Source: an uncultured Actinomycetota bacterium
GTDB lineage: Bacteria > Actinomycetota > Actinomycetes > JAHEKZ01
Assembly (NCBI GenBank): GCA_963824605.1
Contig: CAWGPZ010000006.1
Location: forward strand, 193,191 to 257,190
Direction of reading: 5' to 3'
DNA: 64,000 nucleotides
The translations under genes were made by a program, and so were the position numbers. The notes below the pieces were generated by a model. It saw only the letters and a list, made by a program, of their open reading frames with translations. It had not been told where the DNA came from and did no database searches. This document shows, piece by piece, positions 1 through 11,865 of this stretch. How positions within the stretch are numbered: position 1 is the first letter of the stretch; each line of letters begins with the position of its first letter.

Positions 1-197
1 AGTTCTACTTCCGCACGACCGACGTCACCGGCGTGGTGACCCTCCCTGAGGGCACCGAGATGGTCATGCCTGGTGACAACACCGAAATGGCTGTTGAGCT
101 GATTCAGCCCATCGCCATGGACGAGGGTCTTCGGTTCGCCATCCGCGAGGGTGGCCGCACCGTCGGCGCTGGTCGTGTGACCAAGATCAGCAAGTAA
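1..197 (+). CDS. tuf: Elongation factor Tu, 3' end (partial)
   Basis: Frame from nt 3 reads ...[64 protein letters not shown], stop TAA at 195-197. This is the canonical EF-Tu C-terminus, immediately upstream of the S10 operon. Confidence 0.95.
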   Translation, partial: FYFRTTDVTGVVTLPEGTEMVMPGDNTEMAVELIQPIAMDEGLRFAIREGGRTVGAGRVTKISK

Positions 198-314
198 GGC
201 ACGATTTCGGTAATCGGCCCCTCTGGGGCTATCCTGTCCAGGTTGCTTGGGCAGGGGCCTGAGGTCCAGACGTGTGAGTCGCAAGACTGACCCGGACTCC
301 AGTCCCTGCCCGGC

Positions 315-332
315 GCCCGGCACCAGCCGGGC
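315..332 (+). terminator. GC hairpin (gcccgg-cacca-ccgggc) downstream of tuf; possible intrinsic terminator or S10 leader structure
   Basis: Perfect 6-bp inverted repeat read from the sequence. There is no U-tract, which is typical of high-GC actinobacteria. Confidence 0.3.
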
Positions 333-495
333 TTCGAACCCCGTCCCTTCGGCGCAATCGCTGTAGGACGTCTGTGTGCGCTTAACGCGACACACCCGAC
401 CGCGGGGGTCGGAGCCACGAGAGTCGCAGTTCGCCTGTGGCACTCACCGGTAGCCACCAACGGCACTTACGAAGAGAAGGATTTCGGTAAACGAC

Positions 496-804
496 ATGGC
501 GGGACAGAAGATCCGCATCCGGCTGAAGGCGTATGACCACGAGGTCATCGACTCATCGGCCCGGAAGATCGTTGAGACAGCCACCCGTACGGGTGCGCAC
601 GTCGCCGGCCCAGTGCCGTTGCCGACGGAGAAGAACGTCTTCGTCGTCATTCGGTCGCCGCACAAGTACAAGGACAGCCGCGAGCACTTCGAGATGCGAA
701 CGCACAAGCGGCTCATCGACATCATCGACCCGACACCGAAGACTGTCGACTCGCTCATGCGGCTCGACCTTCCTGCCGGTGTCGACATCGAGATCAAGCT
801 GTAG
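496..804 (+). CDS. rpsJ: 30S ribosomal protein S10
   Basis: ORF translates to [29 protein letters not shown].... SD-like gaagg sits upstream. It is the first gene of the S10 operon. Confidence 0.97.
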   Translation: MAGQKIRIRLKAYDHEVIDSSARKIVETATRTGAHVAGPVPLPTEKNVFVVIRSPHKYKDSREHFEMRTHKRLIDIIDPTPKTVDSLMRLDLPAGVDIEIKL

Positions 805-818
805 AGGGACGCGGCCAC

Positions 819-1469
819 ATGAGTAAGAACGTGAAGGGCATCCTGGGCGAGAAGCTCGGTATGACCCAGGTGTGGGACGAGGAGAACAAGATCGTCCCGG
901 TCACCGTCGTCAAGGCTGGGCCCTGCGTGGTTACGCAGGTGCGGTCAGCCGAGACCGACGGCTATGCAGGCGTGCAGCTGGGCTTCGGGGCGATCGACCC
1001 CCGCAAGGTCAACAAGCCGGCAGCCGGCCACTACGCCAAGGCCGGGGTCACCCCCCGTCGCCACTTGGTTGAGCTGCGCACCGACGACGCGTCCGAGTAC
1101 ACGCTCGGCCAAGAACTGGGCCCGGACGTGTTCGAGGCCGGTCAGACGGTCGATGTCGCCGGCACTTCCAAGGGCAAGGGCTTCGCCGGAACCATGAAGC
1201 GCCACAACTTCCATGGTGTCGGCGCCAGCCACGGTGCCCACCGCAACCACCGCAAGCCGGGTTCGATCGGCGCGGGTTCGACCCCAAGCCGCGTCTTCAA
1301 GGGTCTGAAGATGTCTGGCCGCATGGGTGGCGACTCGGTGACGGTGCAGAACCTCACCGTGCACGCCGTCGACATGGACAAGGGTCTGCTCCTCATCAAG
1401 GGAGCGATTCCGGGTTCGATCGGCAGTCTCGTCTTCGTCAAGAGCGCCGCGAAGGGAGTCAGCCAGTGA
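819..1469 (+). CDS. rplC: 50S ribosomal protein L3
   Basis: 216-aa ORF with L3 signature and operon position. Confidence 0.96.
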   Translation: MSKNVKGILGEKLGMTQVWDEENKIVPVTVVKAGPCVVTQVRSAETDGYAGVQLGFGAIDPRKVNKPAAGHYAKAGVTPRRHLVELRTDDASEYTLGQELGPDVFEAGQTVDVAGTSKGKGFAGTMKRHNFHGVGASHGAHRNHRKPGSIGAGSTPSRVFKGLKMSGRMGGDSVTVQNLTVHAVDMDKGLLLIKGAIPGSIGSLVFVKSAAKGVSQ

Positions 1470-2155
1470 GCACCGTCGACGTCACGACACCTGACGGCAG
1501 CAAGAGCGGTACGACCGAGCTTCCTGCCGAGATCTTCGAGGTTCAGGTCAACATTCCGTTGATCCACCAAGTGGTTGTGGGACAGCTGGCCGCCGCCCGT
1601 CAGGGCAGCGCCTCCACCAAGACCCGCGCCGAGGTGGCCGGCGGTGGCCGCAAGCCGTACCGCCAGAAGGGCACCGGCCGGGCCCGCCAGGGCTCCATCC
1701 GGGCCCCCCAGTTCGCGGGCGGTGGCGTGGTTCACGGACCGACGCCGCGCAGCTACGAACAGCGCACCCCCAAGAAGATGAAGGCCGCCGCTCTGCGTGG
1801 CGCCCTTTCCGACCGAGCAGCCAATGGCCGCGTGCACGTGGTCACCGCCATCGTCGACGGCGACACCCCGTCGACCAAGGCGGCCGTAGCCACCATCGCG
1901 GCGCTGACCGATCGCCGTCATGTTCTGGTCGTTCTCGAGCGTGGCAACGATGTTGCCTGGCTGAGCCTGCGCAACCTCACCAACGTCCACATCGTCACCC
2001 CCGACCAGCTGAACACCTACGACGTGCTCGTCAGCGACGACGTCGTGTTCACACAGGCGTCGCTCGATGTCGTCATCGAGGGGCCCGTTCGCGGCAAGTC
2101 CGCGAAAGCCGTGGCGACGTCCACTGAGGCTGAGCTCGAGGAGGCGTCGGCATGA
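1466..2155 (+). CDS. rplD: 50S ribosomal protein L4
   Basis: 229-aa ORF, 4-nt overlap with rplC, L4-like sequence. Confidence 0.95.
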   Translation: MSTVDVTTPDGSKSGTTELPAEIFEVQVNIPLIHQVVVGQLAAARQGSASTKTRAEVAGGGRKPYRQKGTGRARQGSIRAPQFAGGGVVHGPTPRSYEQRTPKKMKAAALRGALSDRAANGRVHVVTAIVDGDTPSTKAAVATIAALTDRRHVLVVLERGNDVAWLSLRNLTNVHIVTPDQLNTYDVLVSDDVVFTQASLDVVIEGPVRGKSAKAVATSTEAELEEASA

Positions 2156-2460
2156 ACATCGCTATCCAGAAGGACCCCCGCGACGTGCTGATCAAGCCGG
2201 TGATCTCGGAGAAGAGCTATGGGCTCCTCGACGAGAACAAGTACACCTTCGAGGTGCACCCGGACGCGAACAAGACCGAGGTCAAGATCGCGGTCGAGAA
2301 GGTCTTCGGCGTCACCGTCACCAGCGTCAACACGCTCAACCGTCAGGGAAAGCGTCGTCGCACCCGTAACGGCTGGGGCAAGCGCAAGGACACCAAACGA
2401 GCCATCGTCAGCGTCGCTCCTGGCGACCGTATCGACATCTTCGGCGGTCCGGTCTCCTGA
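2152..2460 (+). CDS. rplW: 50S ribosomal protein L23
   Basis: 102-aa ORF, overlaps the rplD stop, L23 motif [10 protein letters not shown]. Confidence 0.95.
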   Translation: MNIAIQKDPRDVLIKPVISEKSYGLLDENKYTFEVHPDANKTEVKIAVEKVFGVTVTSVNTLNRQGKRRRTRNGWGKRKDTKRAIVSVAPGDRIDIFGGPVS

Positions 2461-2493
2461 CCGGCGAGAGCTAACTAAGGACTGTAAAGAGCT

Positions 2494-3330
2494 ATGGGAA
2501 TCCGTAAGTACAAGCCGACAACGCCGGGCCGTCGTGGCTCGAGCGTGGCCGACTTCGTCGAGGTCACCCGCTCCGAGCCGGAGAAGTCGTTGGTGCGCCC
2601 GCTCCCCAAGAAGGGCGGCCGCAACGCCTCGGGTCGGATCACCACCCGGCACCAGGGTGGCGGGCACAAGCGCGCCTACCGGGTCATCGACTTCCGTCGC
2701 TCCGACAAGGACGGCGTGCCGGCCAAGGTCGCGCACATCGAGTACGACCCCAACCGCACCGCGCGTATTGCCCTGCTGCACTACGTCGACGGCGAGAAGC
2801 GCTACATCTTGGCTCCCAACAAGCTCAAGCAGGGTGACAAGGTCGAGAACGGCGCGAGCGCCGACATCAAGCCCGGTAACTCGTTGCCCCTCCGCAACAT
2901 CCCCGTGGGAACGGTGATTCACGCGGTCGAGCTTCGCCCCGGTGGCGGTGCCAAGCTGGCCAGGTCTGCCGGATCCAGCATCCAGCTGGTGGCCAAGGAC
3001 GGTCCGAACGCGCAGCTTCGCCTGCCGTCCGGCGAGATTCGCAATGTCGACGCTCGCTGCCGCGCAACGGTCGGCGAGGTGGGCAACGCCGAGCAGTCCA
3101 ACATCAACTGGGGCAAGGCCGGACGCATGCGCTGGAAGGGCAAGCGTCCCACCGTTCGCGGTGTGGCCATGAACCCGGTCGACCACCCGCACGGTGGTGG
3201 TGAGGGCAAGACCTCCGGTGGACGCCACCCGGTCTCACCCTGGGGCCAGGCCGAAGGCCGTACCCGCAAAAAGGGCAAGGCCAGCAACAAGTACATCGTC
3301 CGCCGCCGCAAGTCGAACAAGAAGCGCTAG
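2494..3330 (+). CDS. rplB: 50S ribosomal protein L2
   Basis: 278-aa [18 protein letters not shown]... with classic L2 sequence. Confidence 0.97.
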   Translation: MGIRKYKPTTPGRRGSSVADFVEVTRSEPEKSLVRPLPKKGGRNASGRITTRHQGGGHKRAYRVIDFRRSDKDGVPAKVAHIEYDPNRTARIALLHYVDGEKRYILAPNKLKQGDKVENGASADIKPGNSLPLRNIPVGTVIHAVELRPGGGAKLARSAGSSIQLVAKDGPNAQLRLPSGEIRNVDARCRATVGEVGNAEQSNINWGKAGRMRWKGKRPTVRGVAMNPVDHPHGGGEGKTSGGRHPVSPWGQAEGRTRKKGKASNKYIVRRRKSNKKR

Positions 3331-3342
3331 GAGTCACTCGCG

Positions 3343-3624
3343 ATGCCGCGCAGTCTGAAGAAGGGTCCCTTCGTGGACGACCACCTCGTGAAGAAGGTGG
3401 ACGCCCAGAACGAAGCGGGTACCCGCAACGTGATCAAGACGTGGTCCCGACGCTCGATGATCGTGCCGTCGATGATCGGCCACACGATCGCGGTGCACGA
3501 CGGCCGCAAGCACGTCCCGGTCTTCGTCACCGACTCGATGATCGGTCACAAACTGGGCGAGTTCGCCCCCACCCGCACCTTCCGTGGTCACGAGAAGGAC
3601 GACCGAAAGGGTCGGCGCCGCTGA
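3343..3624 (+). CDS. rpsS: 30S ribosomal protein S19
   Basis: 93-aa [18 protein letters not shown].... Confidence 0.97.
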   Translation: MPRSLKKGPFVDDHLVKKVDAQNEAGTRNVIKTWSRRSMIVPSMIGHTIAVHDGRKHVPVFVTDSMIGHKLGEFAPTRTFRGHEKDDRKGRRR

Positions 3625-4001
3625 TGGCTACCACTCCTACGACGGCCAGCGCGCGCAGCACCGCGCGCTATGTCCGCATCACGCCGCAGAAGGCTCGACG
3701 CATGATCGACCTCATCCGCGGCCTGCCGGCGTCCGAGGCGCAGACCGTGCTCCGGTTCGCCCCGCAGGCGGCGAGCGAGACCGTCGGCAAAGTGCTGAAC
3801 AGCGCAATCGCCAACGCCGAGAACAACCATGGGCTGAACACCGACACCCTTGTTGTCAGCTCGGCCTACGTCGATGAAGGCCCCACGCTCAAGCGCTTCC
3901 GTCCTCGCGCTCAGGGTCGGGCCTTCCGCATCCGCAAGCGTACGAGTCACATCACCGTCGTCGTGTCAGAAGACGCGACGCCCGCTGGAAAGAAGGGCTG
4001 A
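3624..4001 (+). CDS. rplV: 50S ribosomal protein L22
   Basis: In-frame ATG at 3624 overlaps the rpsS stop. Product [34 protein letters not shown].... The listed ORF 3441..4001 is an upstream extension of this frame. Confidence 0.92.
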   Translation: MATTPTTASARSTARYVRITPQKARRMIDLIRGLPASEAQTVLRFAPQAASETVGKVLNSAIANAENNHGLNTDTLVVSSAYVDEGPTLKRFRPRAQGRAFRIRKRTSHITVVVSEDATPAGKKG

Positions 4002-4003
4002 CC

Positions 4004-4867
<864 letters not shown>

Positions 4868-4870
4868 CCC

Positions 4871-5290
4871 ATGCTGATTCCGCGGCGGGTCAAGCACCGC
4901 AAGCAGCACCACCCCTCACGCCGAGGGGTGGCCAAGGGCGGCACCAAGGTGACGTTCGGTGAGTTCGGCATCCAGGCCATGGAGCCTGGCTACATCACCA
5001 ACCGCCAGATCGAGTCCGCTCGTATCGCTATCACCCGTGCCATCAAGCGTGGCGGGAAGGTCTGGATCAACATCTACCCAGACCGTCCACTCACCAAGAA
5101 GCCGGCCGAGACCCGTATGGGTTCCGGCAAGGGTTCGCCGGAATGGTGGATCGCCAACGTCAAGCCCGGCCGGGTCATGTTCGAGCTCTCAGGTGTCTCT
5201 GAGCCGCTCGCGCGTGAAGCCATGCAGCGGGCGCAGCACAAGCTGCCCATCAAGACCCGCTTCGTCAAGCGTGAGGCAGGTGAGCTCTGA
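4871..5290 (+). CDS. rplP: 50S ribosomal protein L16
   Basis: 139-aa [18 protein letters not shown].... Confidence 0.96.
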   Translation: MLIPRRVKHRKQHHPSRRGVAKGGTKVTFGEFGIQAMEPGYITNRQIESARIAITRAIKRGGKVWINIYPDRPLTKKPAETRMGSGKGSPEWWIANVKPGRVMFELSGVSEPLAREAMQRAQHKLPIKTRFVKREAGEL

Positions 5291-5526
5291 TGGCAGTCGG
5301 CACCGCAGCCACGGAGTACCGGGGCCTTGAGACCGAAGAACTGGTCGAGAAGCTCAAGGACGCCAAGGAAGAGCTGTTCAACTTGCGATTCCAGGCTGCC
5401 ACCGGTCAGTTGGAAAGCCACGGGCGCCTGCTGGTGGTCCGTAAAGACATTGCCCGCATCTACACGGTGCTGCGCGAGCGCGAGCTCGGCATCACCTCGG
5501 TCGAGACACCGGAGGGTGCGGCATGA
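5290..5526 (+). CDS. rpmC: 50S ribosomal protein L29
   Basis: 78-aa ORF with ATGA overlap with rplP. Confidence 0.93.
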   Translation: MAVGTAATEYRGLETEELVEKLKDAKEELFNLRFQAATGQLESHGRLLVVRKDIARIYTVLRERELGITSVETPEGAA

Positions 5527-5804
5527 GTGAGCAGAAGGCGAGCATGAGCCCAGAGCGTTCCGCGCGCAAGGTCCGCGAGGGCCTTGTCGTCAGCGACAAG
5601 ATGGACAAGACCGTGGTTGTGGCGGTGGAAGACCGCGTCAAGCACCCGCTGTACGGCAAGGTCGTCCGTCGCACCAACAAACTCAAGGCTCACGACGAGA
5701 CAAACTCGGCCGGCGTCGGCGACCGCGTCCTCCTCATGGAGACGCGCCCGCTGAGCAGGTCGAAGCGGTGGCGTCTCGTCGAGATCCTCGAGAAGGCCAA
5801 GTAG
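5523..5804 (+). CDS. rpsQ: 30S ribosomal protein S17
   Basis: 93-aa ORF overlapping the rpmC stop. Confidence 0.94.
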   Translation: MSEQKASMSPERSARKVREGLVVSDKMDKTVVVAVEDRVKHPLYGKVVRRTNKLKAHDETNSAGVGDRVLLMETRPLSRSKRWRLVEILEKAK

Positions 5805-5816
5805 GCAGGAGCTGAC

Positions 5817-6185
5817 GTGATCCAGCAGGAGTCGCGACTCAAAGTCGCCGACAACACCGGTGCCAAGGAAATCTTGTGCATCCGGGTGCTCGGCGGCTCC
5901 GGTCGACGCTACGCCGGCATCGGCGACATCATCGTGGCGACGGTCAAGGACGCCATCCCTGGTGGCAACGTGAAGAAGGGTGAGGTCGTCAAGGCCGTCA
6001 TCGTTCGCACCACCAAGGAGCGCCGCCGTCCCGACGGTTCCTACATCAAGTTCGACGAGAACGCCGCTGTCATCATCAAGGACGGTGGCGACCCGCGCGG
6101 CACGCGCATCTTCGGCCCGGTGGGTCGAGAGCTGCGCGACAAGCGCTTCATGCGGATCATCTCGCTGGCACCGGAGGTGCTCTAG
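5817..6185 (+). CDS. rplN: 50S ribosomal protein L14
   Basis: 122-aa ORF, GTG start, [17 protein letters not shown].... Confidence 0.96.
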   Translation: MIQQESRLKVADNTGAKEILCIRVLGGSGRRYAGIGDIIVATVKDAIPGGNVKKGEVVKAVIVRTTKERRRPDGSYIKFDENAAVIIKDGGDPRGTRIFGPVGRELRDKRFMRIISLAPEVL

Positions 6186-6187
6186 TC

Positions 6188-6511
6188 ATGCACGTCAAGA
6201 AGGGCGACACCGTCATGGTGATCGCAGGCAAAGACAAGGGAGCAGTCGGAAAGGTGATTGCCGCCTTCCCGACCCAAGACCGTGTCATCGTCGAGGGCGT
6301 CAACCTGATCAAGAAGCACACCAAGATCGGGCAGACCAACCGAGGTGCCAAGACCGGCGGGATTACCACGCAGGAGGCAGCGATTCACATCTCCAATGTG
6401 CTGCCGGTGGTCAAGGTCGACGGCAAGGATGTGCCGAGTCGCGTCGGCTACCGAGTTGACGAGGACGGCACCAAAGTCCGAATCGCCAAGCGTACGAACG
6501 AGGAACTCTAG
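6188..6511 (+). CDS. rplX: 50S ribosomal protein L24
   Basis: 107-aa ORF with KOW motif [16 protein letters not shown]. Confidence 0.95.
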   Translation: MHVKKGDTVMVIAGKDKGAVGKVIAAFPTQDRVIVEGVNLIKKHTKIGQTNRGAKTGGITTQEAAIHISNVLPVVKVDGKDVPSRVGYRVDEDGTKVRIAKRTNEEL

Positions 6512-6512
6512 G

Positions 6513-7082
6513 ATGACGAGCACAGTCGAAGCCCCGGCCGTTCCCCGGCTCAAGCAGCGGTACCGCGATGAGATCGTGCCCGAGCTCCGCGAGGAGTTCG
6601 GTTACGCGAACATCATGCAGGTGCCTGGCGTGACCAAGATCGTGGTCAACATGGGTGTGGGCGATGCCGCTCGTGACTCCAAGTTGATCGAGGGCGCTGT
6701 TCGTGACCTCATGGCGATCACCGGCCAGCGTCCCGCCGTCACCAAGGCCCGCAAGTCCATCGCGCAGTTCAAGCTGCGTGAAGGTCAGCCGATCGGCGCT
6801 CACACCACCCTTCGTGGCGATCGCATGTGGGAGTTTCTCGACCGGTTGCTGTCGGTTGCCCTGCCTCGTATCCGCGACTTCCGTGGCCTGTCGCCGCGGC
6901 AGTTCGACGGGCGTGGCAACTACACCTTCGGTCTCAACGAGCAGAGCATGTTCCACGAGATCGACCAGGACGCCATCGACCGGGTCCGTGGCATGGACAT
7001 CACTGTCGTGACCACTGCCAACACCGACGACGAGGGACGCGCGCTACTGCGGTCGCTCGGCTTCCCGTTCAAGGAGAACTGA
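6513..7082 (+). CDS. rplE: 50S ribosomal protein L5
   Basis: In-frame ATG at 6513 ([25 protein letters not shown]...). The listed ORF 6345..7082 is an upstream extension. Confidence 0.93.
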   Translation: MTSTVEAPAVPRLKQRYRDEIVPELREEFGYANIMQVPGVTKIVVNMGVGDAARDSKLIEGAVRDLMAITGQRPAVTKARKSIAQFKLREGQPIGAHTTLRGDRMWEFLDRLLSVALPRIRDFRGLSPRQFDGRGNYTFGLNEQSMFHEIDQDAIDRVRGMDITVVTTANTDDEGRALLRSLGFPFKEN

Positions 7083-7084
7083 GC

Positions 7085-7270
7085 GTGGCGAAAAAGTCTT
7101 TGATCAACAAGGCGGCGCGCAAGCCGAAGTTCAAGGTGCGCGGCTACACCCGGTGCAGCGTGTGCGGTCGTCCGCACTCGGTGTACCGCAAGTTCGGGCT
7201 CTGTCGTGTGTGCCTGCGCAACATGGCGCACCGCGGCGAGCTGCCCGGCATCACCAAGAGCAGCTGGTAA
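7085..7270 (+). CDS. rpsZ: 30S ribosomal protein S14 type Z (zinc-binding, 61 aa)
   Basis: GTG at 7085 gives [43 protein letters not shown]... with a CxxC...CxxC zinc ribbon. It lies between rplE and rpsH. Confidence 0.92.
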   Translation: MAKKSLINKAARKPKFKVRGYTRCSVCGRPHSVYRKFGLCRVCLRNMAHRGELPGITKSSW

Positions 7271-7340
7271 CCACCATCCCTACGCCGTAGGTCCCCAAGA
7301 AACTGCAGCGGAAACCGCGGCGAGAGAGAGTAAACGAATC

Positions 7341-7745
7341 ATGACGATGACCGATCCGATCGCAGACATGCTGACGCGTGTGCGCAACGCCAACTCGGCG
7401 TTCCACGAAGACGTAGCCATGCCGTCCAGCAAGATCAAGCAGGGCATCGCCCAGATCTTGCAGGACCAGGGCTACGTGCGCAGTTGGCGCGTCGAGCATG
7501 AAGAGGGCGCCCCGGGCGAGACGTTGGTGATCGACCTGAAGTTCGGTCCTCAGCGCGAGCGTTCGATCGCCGGAATCCGCCGTATCTCCAAGCCCGGTCT
7601 GCGCGTGTATGCGAAGGCGACGGCGATGCCGCGAGTTCTCGGCGGCCTGGGCATTGCGATCATCTCGACCTCTTCGGGCCTCATGACCGACAAGCAGGCG
7701 ACCAAGAAGGGCGTAGGTGGGGAAGTCCTCGCCTACGTCTGGTAA
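7341..7745 (+). CDS. rpsH: 30S ribosomal protein S8
   Basis: In-frame ATG at 7341 ([20 protein letters not shown]...). The upstream part of the listed ORF 7206..7745 is non-coding. Confidence 0.94.
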   Translation: MTMTDPIADMLTRVRNANSAFHEDVAMPSSKIKQGIAQILQDQGYVRSWRVEHEEGAPGETLVIDLKFGPQRERSIAGIRRISKPGLRVYAKATAMPRVLGGLGIAIISTSSGLMTDKQATKKGVGGEVLAYVW

Positions 7746-7757
7746 GCGGGGTCTGAC

Positions 7758-8297
7758 ATGTCGCGAATCGGAAAGCTTCCCATCACGGTGCCCTCGGGCG
7801 TCGACATCGCCATCGATGGCCAGGACGTCACTGTCAAGGGTCCGAAAGGCAGCCTGAGCCACACCATTGCCCAGCCGTTGACCGTCGAGCGTGCCGATGA
7901 CGGCGAGATCGTCGTCAACCGACCGAACGACGAGCGCCTGGCCAAGTCGCTGCACGGACTCACCCGCACCCTGGTGGCAAACATGGTCACCGGCGTCACC
8001 GAGGGCTACGAGAAGAAGCTCGAGATCGTCGGCGTCGGCTATCGCGTGATGGCCAAGGGCAAGAACCTCGAGTTCGCTGTCGGCTACAGCCACCCGGTCG
8101 TCGTGACGCCGCCCGAAGGCATCGACTTCGCGGTCGAGAGCCCGACCAAGTTCTCGGTCTCGGGCATCGACAAGCAGCAGGTGGGCCAGGTGGCCGCCAA
8201 CATCCGCAAGATCCGCAAGCCTGAGCCTTACAAGGGCAAGGGCATCCGGTACGCCGGTGAGCACGTCCGCCGCAAGGTCGGAAAGGCTGGTAAGTAG
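7758..8297 (+). CDS. rplF: 50S ribosomal protein L6
   Basis: 179-aa ORF. Confidence 0.95.
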   Translation: MSRIGKLPITVPSGVDIAIDGQDVTVKGPKGSLSHTIAQPLTVERADDGEIVVNRPNDERLAKSLHGLTRTLVANMVTGVTEGYEKKLEIVGVGYRVMAKGKNLEFAVGYSHPVVVTPPEGIDFAVESPTKFSVSGIDKQQVGQVAANIRKIRKPEPYKGKGIRYAGEHVRRKVGKAGK

Positions 8298-8299
8298 TC

Positions 8300-8680
8300 A
8301 TGGCACTGTCCACCAAGCCAGGGCGTCGTACGGCGCGGCAGGCATCTCGCGCCCGTCGCCACCTGCGTGTCCGCAAGAAGGTCGAAGGCACGCCCGCGCG
8401 TCCGCGCCTGGTCGTCAACCGCTCGGCCCGCCACGTGTTCGTTCAGGTGATCGACGACGAGGCCGGCCGTACGCTGGCATCGGCGTCGACCATGGAGAGC
8501 GACGTGCGCACCGCGTCCGGCGACAAGTCGGCCAAGGCACGCAAAGTCGGATCCTTGGTCGCTGAGCGCGCCAAGGCAGCCGGCGTCGAGGCCGTGGTCT
8601 TTGACCGCGGCGGCAACCGCTACACCGGCCGGGTCGCTGCCCTTGCAGACGGCGCCCGCGAAGCCGGACTGAACTTCTGA
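8300..8680 (+). CDS. rplR: 50S ribosomal protein L18
   Basis: 126-aa ORF. Confidence 0.94.
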   Translation: MALSTKPGRRTARQASRARRHLRVRKKVEGTPARPRLVVNRSARHVFVQVIDDEAGRTLASASTMESDVRTASGDKSAKARKVGSLVAERAKAAGVEAVVFDRGGNRYTGRVAALADGAREAGLNF

Positions 8681-8711
8681 TCCCGATCACCGAAGAAGAG
8701 GAAGCAACCAC

Positions 8712-9308
8712 ATGAGCAGCGCACCTTCGCGCCGCGGCAGCAATGCTGGGGGCAACGAACGTCGCGGTCGTCGCGGCGACGCCGCCGACAAGACGACGTA
8801 CGTCGAGCGCGTCGTCGCCATCAACCGTGTGGCCAAGGTGGTCAAGGGTGGACGTCGGTTCAGCTTCACCGCCCTGGTCGTCGTCGGCGACGGTGACGGC
8901 ACGGTAGGCGTCGGATACGGAAAGGCCAAGGAGGTGCCCGCGGCCATCGCCAAGGGCGTCGAGGAGGCGAAGAAGAGCTTCTTCAAGGTTCCTCGTATCC
9001 AGGGCACCATCCCGCACCCGGTGCAGGGTGAGAAAGCAGCCGGCGTCGTGCTGCTCAAGCCCGCCGCACCCGGTACCGGTGTGATCGCCGGTGGTCCGGT
9101 GCGCGCCGTGCTCGAGGCTGCCGGCATCCATGACGTGCTCAGCAAGTCGCTGGGCTCGTCCAACGCCATCAACATCGTGCACGCCACGGTGACGGCGCTG
9201 AAGAGCCTCGAGCGCCCCGAGCAGGTGGCTGCTCGCCGCGGTCTACCGCTGGAAGACGTCGCTCCCGAGGGCCTGCTGAAGGCCAGGGCCGCAGGAATGG
9301 GGTCCTGA
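8712..9308 (+). CDS. rpsE: 30S ribosomal protein S5
   Basis: 198-aa ORF with Gly-rich N-terminus then the S5 dsRBD sequence. Confidence 0.95.
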   Translation: MSSAPSRRGSNAGGNERRGRRGDAADKTTYVERVVAINRVAKVVKGGRRFSFTALVVVGDGDGTVGVGYGKAKEVPAAIAKGVEEAKKSFFKVPRIQGTIPHPVQGEKAAGVVLLKPAAPGTGVIAGGPVRAVLEAAGIHDVLSKSLGSSNAINIVHATVTALKSLERPEQVAARRGLPLEDVAPEGLLKARAAGMGS

Positions 9309-9490
9309 TGGGACGCGTCAAGGTCACACAGAGGAAGTCGGTCATCGGCGGCACGAGCAACCAGCGCAACTCCATGCGCTCGCTTGGGCTGAAGCGCATC
9401 GGTGACGTCGTCGTCAAGGAAGACCGCCCCGAGATCCGGGGAATGGTCAGCACGGTGTCGCACCTCGTCACCGTTGAGGAGGTCGACTGA
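9308..9490 (+). CDS. rpmD: 50S ribosomal protein L30
   Basis: 60-aa ORF with ATGA overlap with rpsE. Confidence 0.92.
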   Translation: MGRVKVTQRKSVIGGTSNQRNSMRSLGLKRIGDVVVKEDRPEIRGMVSTVSHLVTVEEVD

Positions 9491-9491
9491 C

Positions 9492-9932
9492 ATGACGCTG
9501 AAGGTTCATCACCTGCGTCCGGCTCCCGGAGCCAAGAAAGCCAAGACCCGTGTCGGTCGAGGCGAGGGCTCGAAGGGCAAGACCGCCGGACGCGGCACCA
9601 AGGGCACGAAGGCGCGCTACCAGGTTCCTGCAGGCTTCGAGGGTGGACAGATGCCGCTGCACATGCGGCTTCCGAAGCTCCGCGGCTTCAAGAACCGCAA
9701 CCGCGTCGAGTTCCAGGTCGTCAATCTCGCCAAGCTCGAGGCTCTCTTCCCTGAGGGTGGAGCTGTCGGCGTCGACGAGCTGGTCGCCGCCGGTGCGGTA
9801 CGCAAGGACCGTCCCGTGAAGATCCTGGGCAACGGCGACCTGTCGGTCGCACTTCAGGTCACGGCGCACAAGTTCTCAGAGACCGCCAAGAGCAAGATCA
9901 CCGCCGCTGGCGGTTCGACGACCGAGCTCTAG
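9492..9932 (+). CDS. rplO: 50S ribosomal protein L15
   Basis: In-frame ATG at 9492 ([27 protein letters not shown]...). Confidence 0.94.
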   Translation: MTLKVHHLRPAPGAKKAKTRVGRGEGSKGKTAGRGTKGTKARYQVPAGFEGGQMPLHMRLPKLRGFKNRNRVEFQVVNLAKLEALFPEGGAVGVDELVAAGAVRKDRPVKILGNGDLSVALQVTAHKFSETAKSKITAAGGSTTEL

Positions 9933-9938
9933 GCCCGT

Positions 9939-9969
9939 GCCGAGCCCCGCATTCGTGTGCAGGCTCGGC
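9939..9969 (+). promoter_or_regulatory. Intercistronic hairpin between rplO and secY (8-bp stem gccgagcc/ggctcggc)
   Basis: Inverted repeat read from the sequence. The position matches known spc-operon internal attenuation and processing sites. Confidence 0.3.
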
Positions 9970-10011
9970 TGTTAGGGTCCGTGAGATGACCATGCGCGGG
10001 GAGGACCAGCT

Positions 10012-11307
10012 GTGATGCTGCGAGTGTTCGGTCAGGCGTTCCGTACGCCCGACCTGCGCACGAAGATGCTCTTCACGCTGTCGATGATCGCGATCTACCG
10101 CATCGGGGCATTCGTTCCGACCCCGGGCGTCGACTACCCGGCGGTGCAGCGCTGTCTCAGCGCGGTCGAGGGTGACAGCCTCTACCGGCTGATCAACCTC
10201 TTCAGCGGTGGAGCACTGCTGCAGCTGTCGATCTTCGCGCTCGGGATCATGCCGTACATCACCGCGAGCATCATTCTGCAGCTGCTCACGGTCGTCATCC
10301 CTCGTCTTGAGACCCTGAAGAAGGAGGGGCAGTCGGGTACGGCGAAGATCACCCAGTACACCCGCTACCTCACCATCGGGCTCGCGATTCTGCAGTCGAC
10401 CGGCATCATCGCCTTGGCCCGTTCCGGTCAGCTGCTGCAGGGGTGTCCTGAACCGATCATCCCGGACAGCTCGATCACGATCACCTTCATGATGATCGCC
10501 ATCATGACCGCGGGTACGGCCATGGTCATGTGGCTGGGCGAGCTCATCACCGACCGCGGCATCGGCAACGGTATGTCGCTGATGATCTTCACGTCGATCA
10601 TCGCTGGCTTCCCCGGCCAGCTCAGCGCGATCTACCAGAGCCGTGGAGCCTGGACCTTCCTCGTCGTCATCGTCGTTGGCCTTGCGGTGGTCGCCTTCGT
10701 GGTCCTCATGGAACAGGCGCAGCGACGCGTCCCTGTGCAGTACGCGAAGCGAATGGTGGGGCGACGCCAGTACGGCGGCTCATCGACCTACATCCCGATC
10801 AAGGTCAACCAGGCCGGCGTTATCCCGGTCATCTTCGCCTCGTCGATGCTCTATCTGCCAGTTCTCTTCACCACGCTCAGCAACAACACCGGACCGGTCA
10901 ACACCTGGATCCAGGCCAACCTGGTCAACGGCAGCGGTGCCTGGTACGCGGTGCTGTTCTTCACCCTCACCGTGTTCTTCACGTACTTCTACGTCGCCAT
11001 CACGTTCAACTCCGACGACATCGCCGACAACATGAAGAACTACGGCGGATTCATCCCGGGCATCCGGGCCGGACGTCCCACGGCCGAGTACCTCGACTAC
11101 GTGTTGACGCGACTTACCGCGGTCGGTGCGGTGTACCTGGCGTCGATCGCGGTCATCCCGATCGTGGTCTTCGCCAGCTTCGGACAGGGTCAGAACTTCC
11201 TCTTCGGCGGAACCTCGATCCTGATCATGGTCGGCGTCGGGCTCGACACGGTCAAGCAGATCGAGAGCCAGCTTCAGCAGCGTTCGTACGAAGGGTTCTT
11301 GCGGTAG
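10012..11307 (+). CDS. secY: Preprotein translocase subunit SecY
   Basis: 431-aa polytopic membrane protein with SecY signatures and operon position. Confidence 0.95.
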   Translation: MMLRVFGQAFRTPDLRTKMLFTLSMIAIYRIGAFVPTPGVDYPAVQRCLSAVEGDSLYRLINLFSGGALLQLSIFALGIMPYITASIILQLLTVVIPRLETLKKEGQSGTAKITQYTRYLTIGLAILQSTGIIALARSGQLLQGCPEPIIPDSSITITFMMIAIMTAGTAMVMWLGELITDRGIGNGMSLMIFTSIIAGFPGQLSAIYQSRGAWTFLVVIVVGLAVVAFVVLMEQAQRRVPVQYAKRMVGRRQYGGSSTYIPIKVNQAGVIPVIFASSMLYLPVLFTTLSNNTGPVNTWIQANLVNGSGAWYAVLFFTLTVFFTYFYVAITFNSDDIADNMKNYGGFIPGIRAGRPTAEYLDYVLTRLTAVGAVYLASIAVIPIVVFASFGQGQNFLFGGTSILIMVGVGLDTVKQIESQLQQRSYEGFLR

Positions 11308-11864
11308 TGCGGCTGGTACTGGTCGGCCCACCTGGTGCCGGCAAGGGAACCCAGGCAGAGGTCATTGCTGCCACTCTTGGGATCTCCAAGATTTCGACCG
11401 GAGACATCTTCCGGGCCAACGTCGGCCAAGCCACGCCACTTGGGCTGCAGGCCAAGGCCTACATGGATGCCGGTGAGCTGGTACCCGACGAGATCACGAA
11501 CGACATGGTGGCCGCCCGCCTGACCGAGGCCGATGCCGCGCATGGGTTCTTGCTCGACGGATACCCCCGAAACGTCAGCCAGGCCGATGTGCTCGCCCAG
11601 AACCTGCAGAGCGCCGGCGCTGCCCTCGATGCGGTTGTCGAGCTCGTGGTCCAAGCAGAGCACGTCATCGAGCGCCTCCTTTCGAGGGGCCAGGGCAGGG
11701 CTGATGACACCGAAGATGTCATCCGGCATCGACTCGAGGTGTATTCGTCTGAGACCGAACCGTTGGTGGGCTACTACCGAGAGCGCGGGCTGCTGCACAG
11801 CGTCGACGGGCTTGGTTCCGTCGACGAGGTCACGGCGCGGATTCTCGAGGCGCTGAAGGCCTGA
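11307..11864 (+). CDS. adk: Adenylate kinase
   Basis: GTG at 11307 overlaps the secY stop. Product VRLVLVGPPGAGKGTQA... has the P-loop. The listed ORF 10530..11864 is an artefactual upstream extension. Confidence 0.93.
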   Translation: MRLVLVGPPGAGKGTQAEVIAATLGISKISTGDIFRANVGQATPLGLQAKAYMDAGELVPDEITNDMVAARLTEADAAHGFLLDGYPRNVSQADVLAQNLQSAGAALDAVVELVVQAEHVIERLLSRGQGRADDTEDVIRHRLEVYSSETEPLVGYYRERGLLHSVDGLGSVDEVTARILEALKA

Positions 11865-11865
11865 G

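Noticed and set aside
2017-3228. 403-aa minus-strand ORF
   Set aside because: Antisense to rplW and rplB.
10530-11306. Upstream extension of the adk ORF (listed 444-aa ORF 10530..11864)
   Set aside because: It overlaps secY in another frame. The adk N-terminal P-loop begins at the GTG at 11307.
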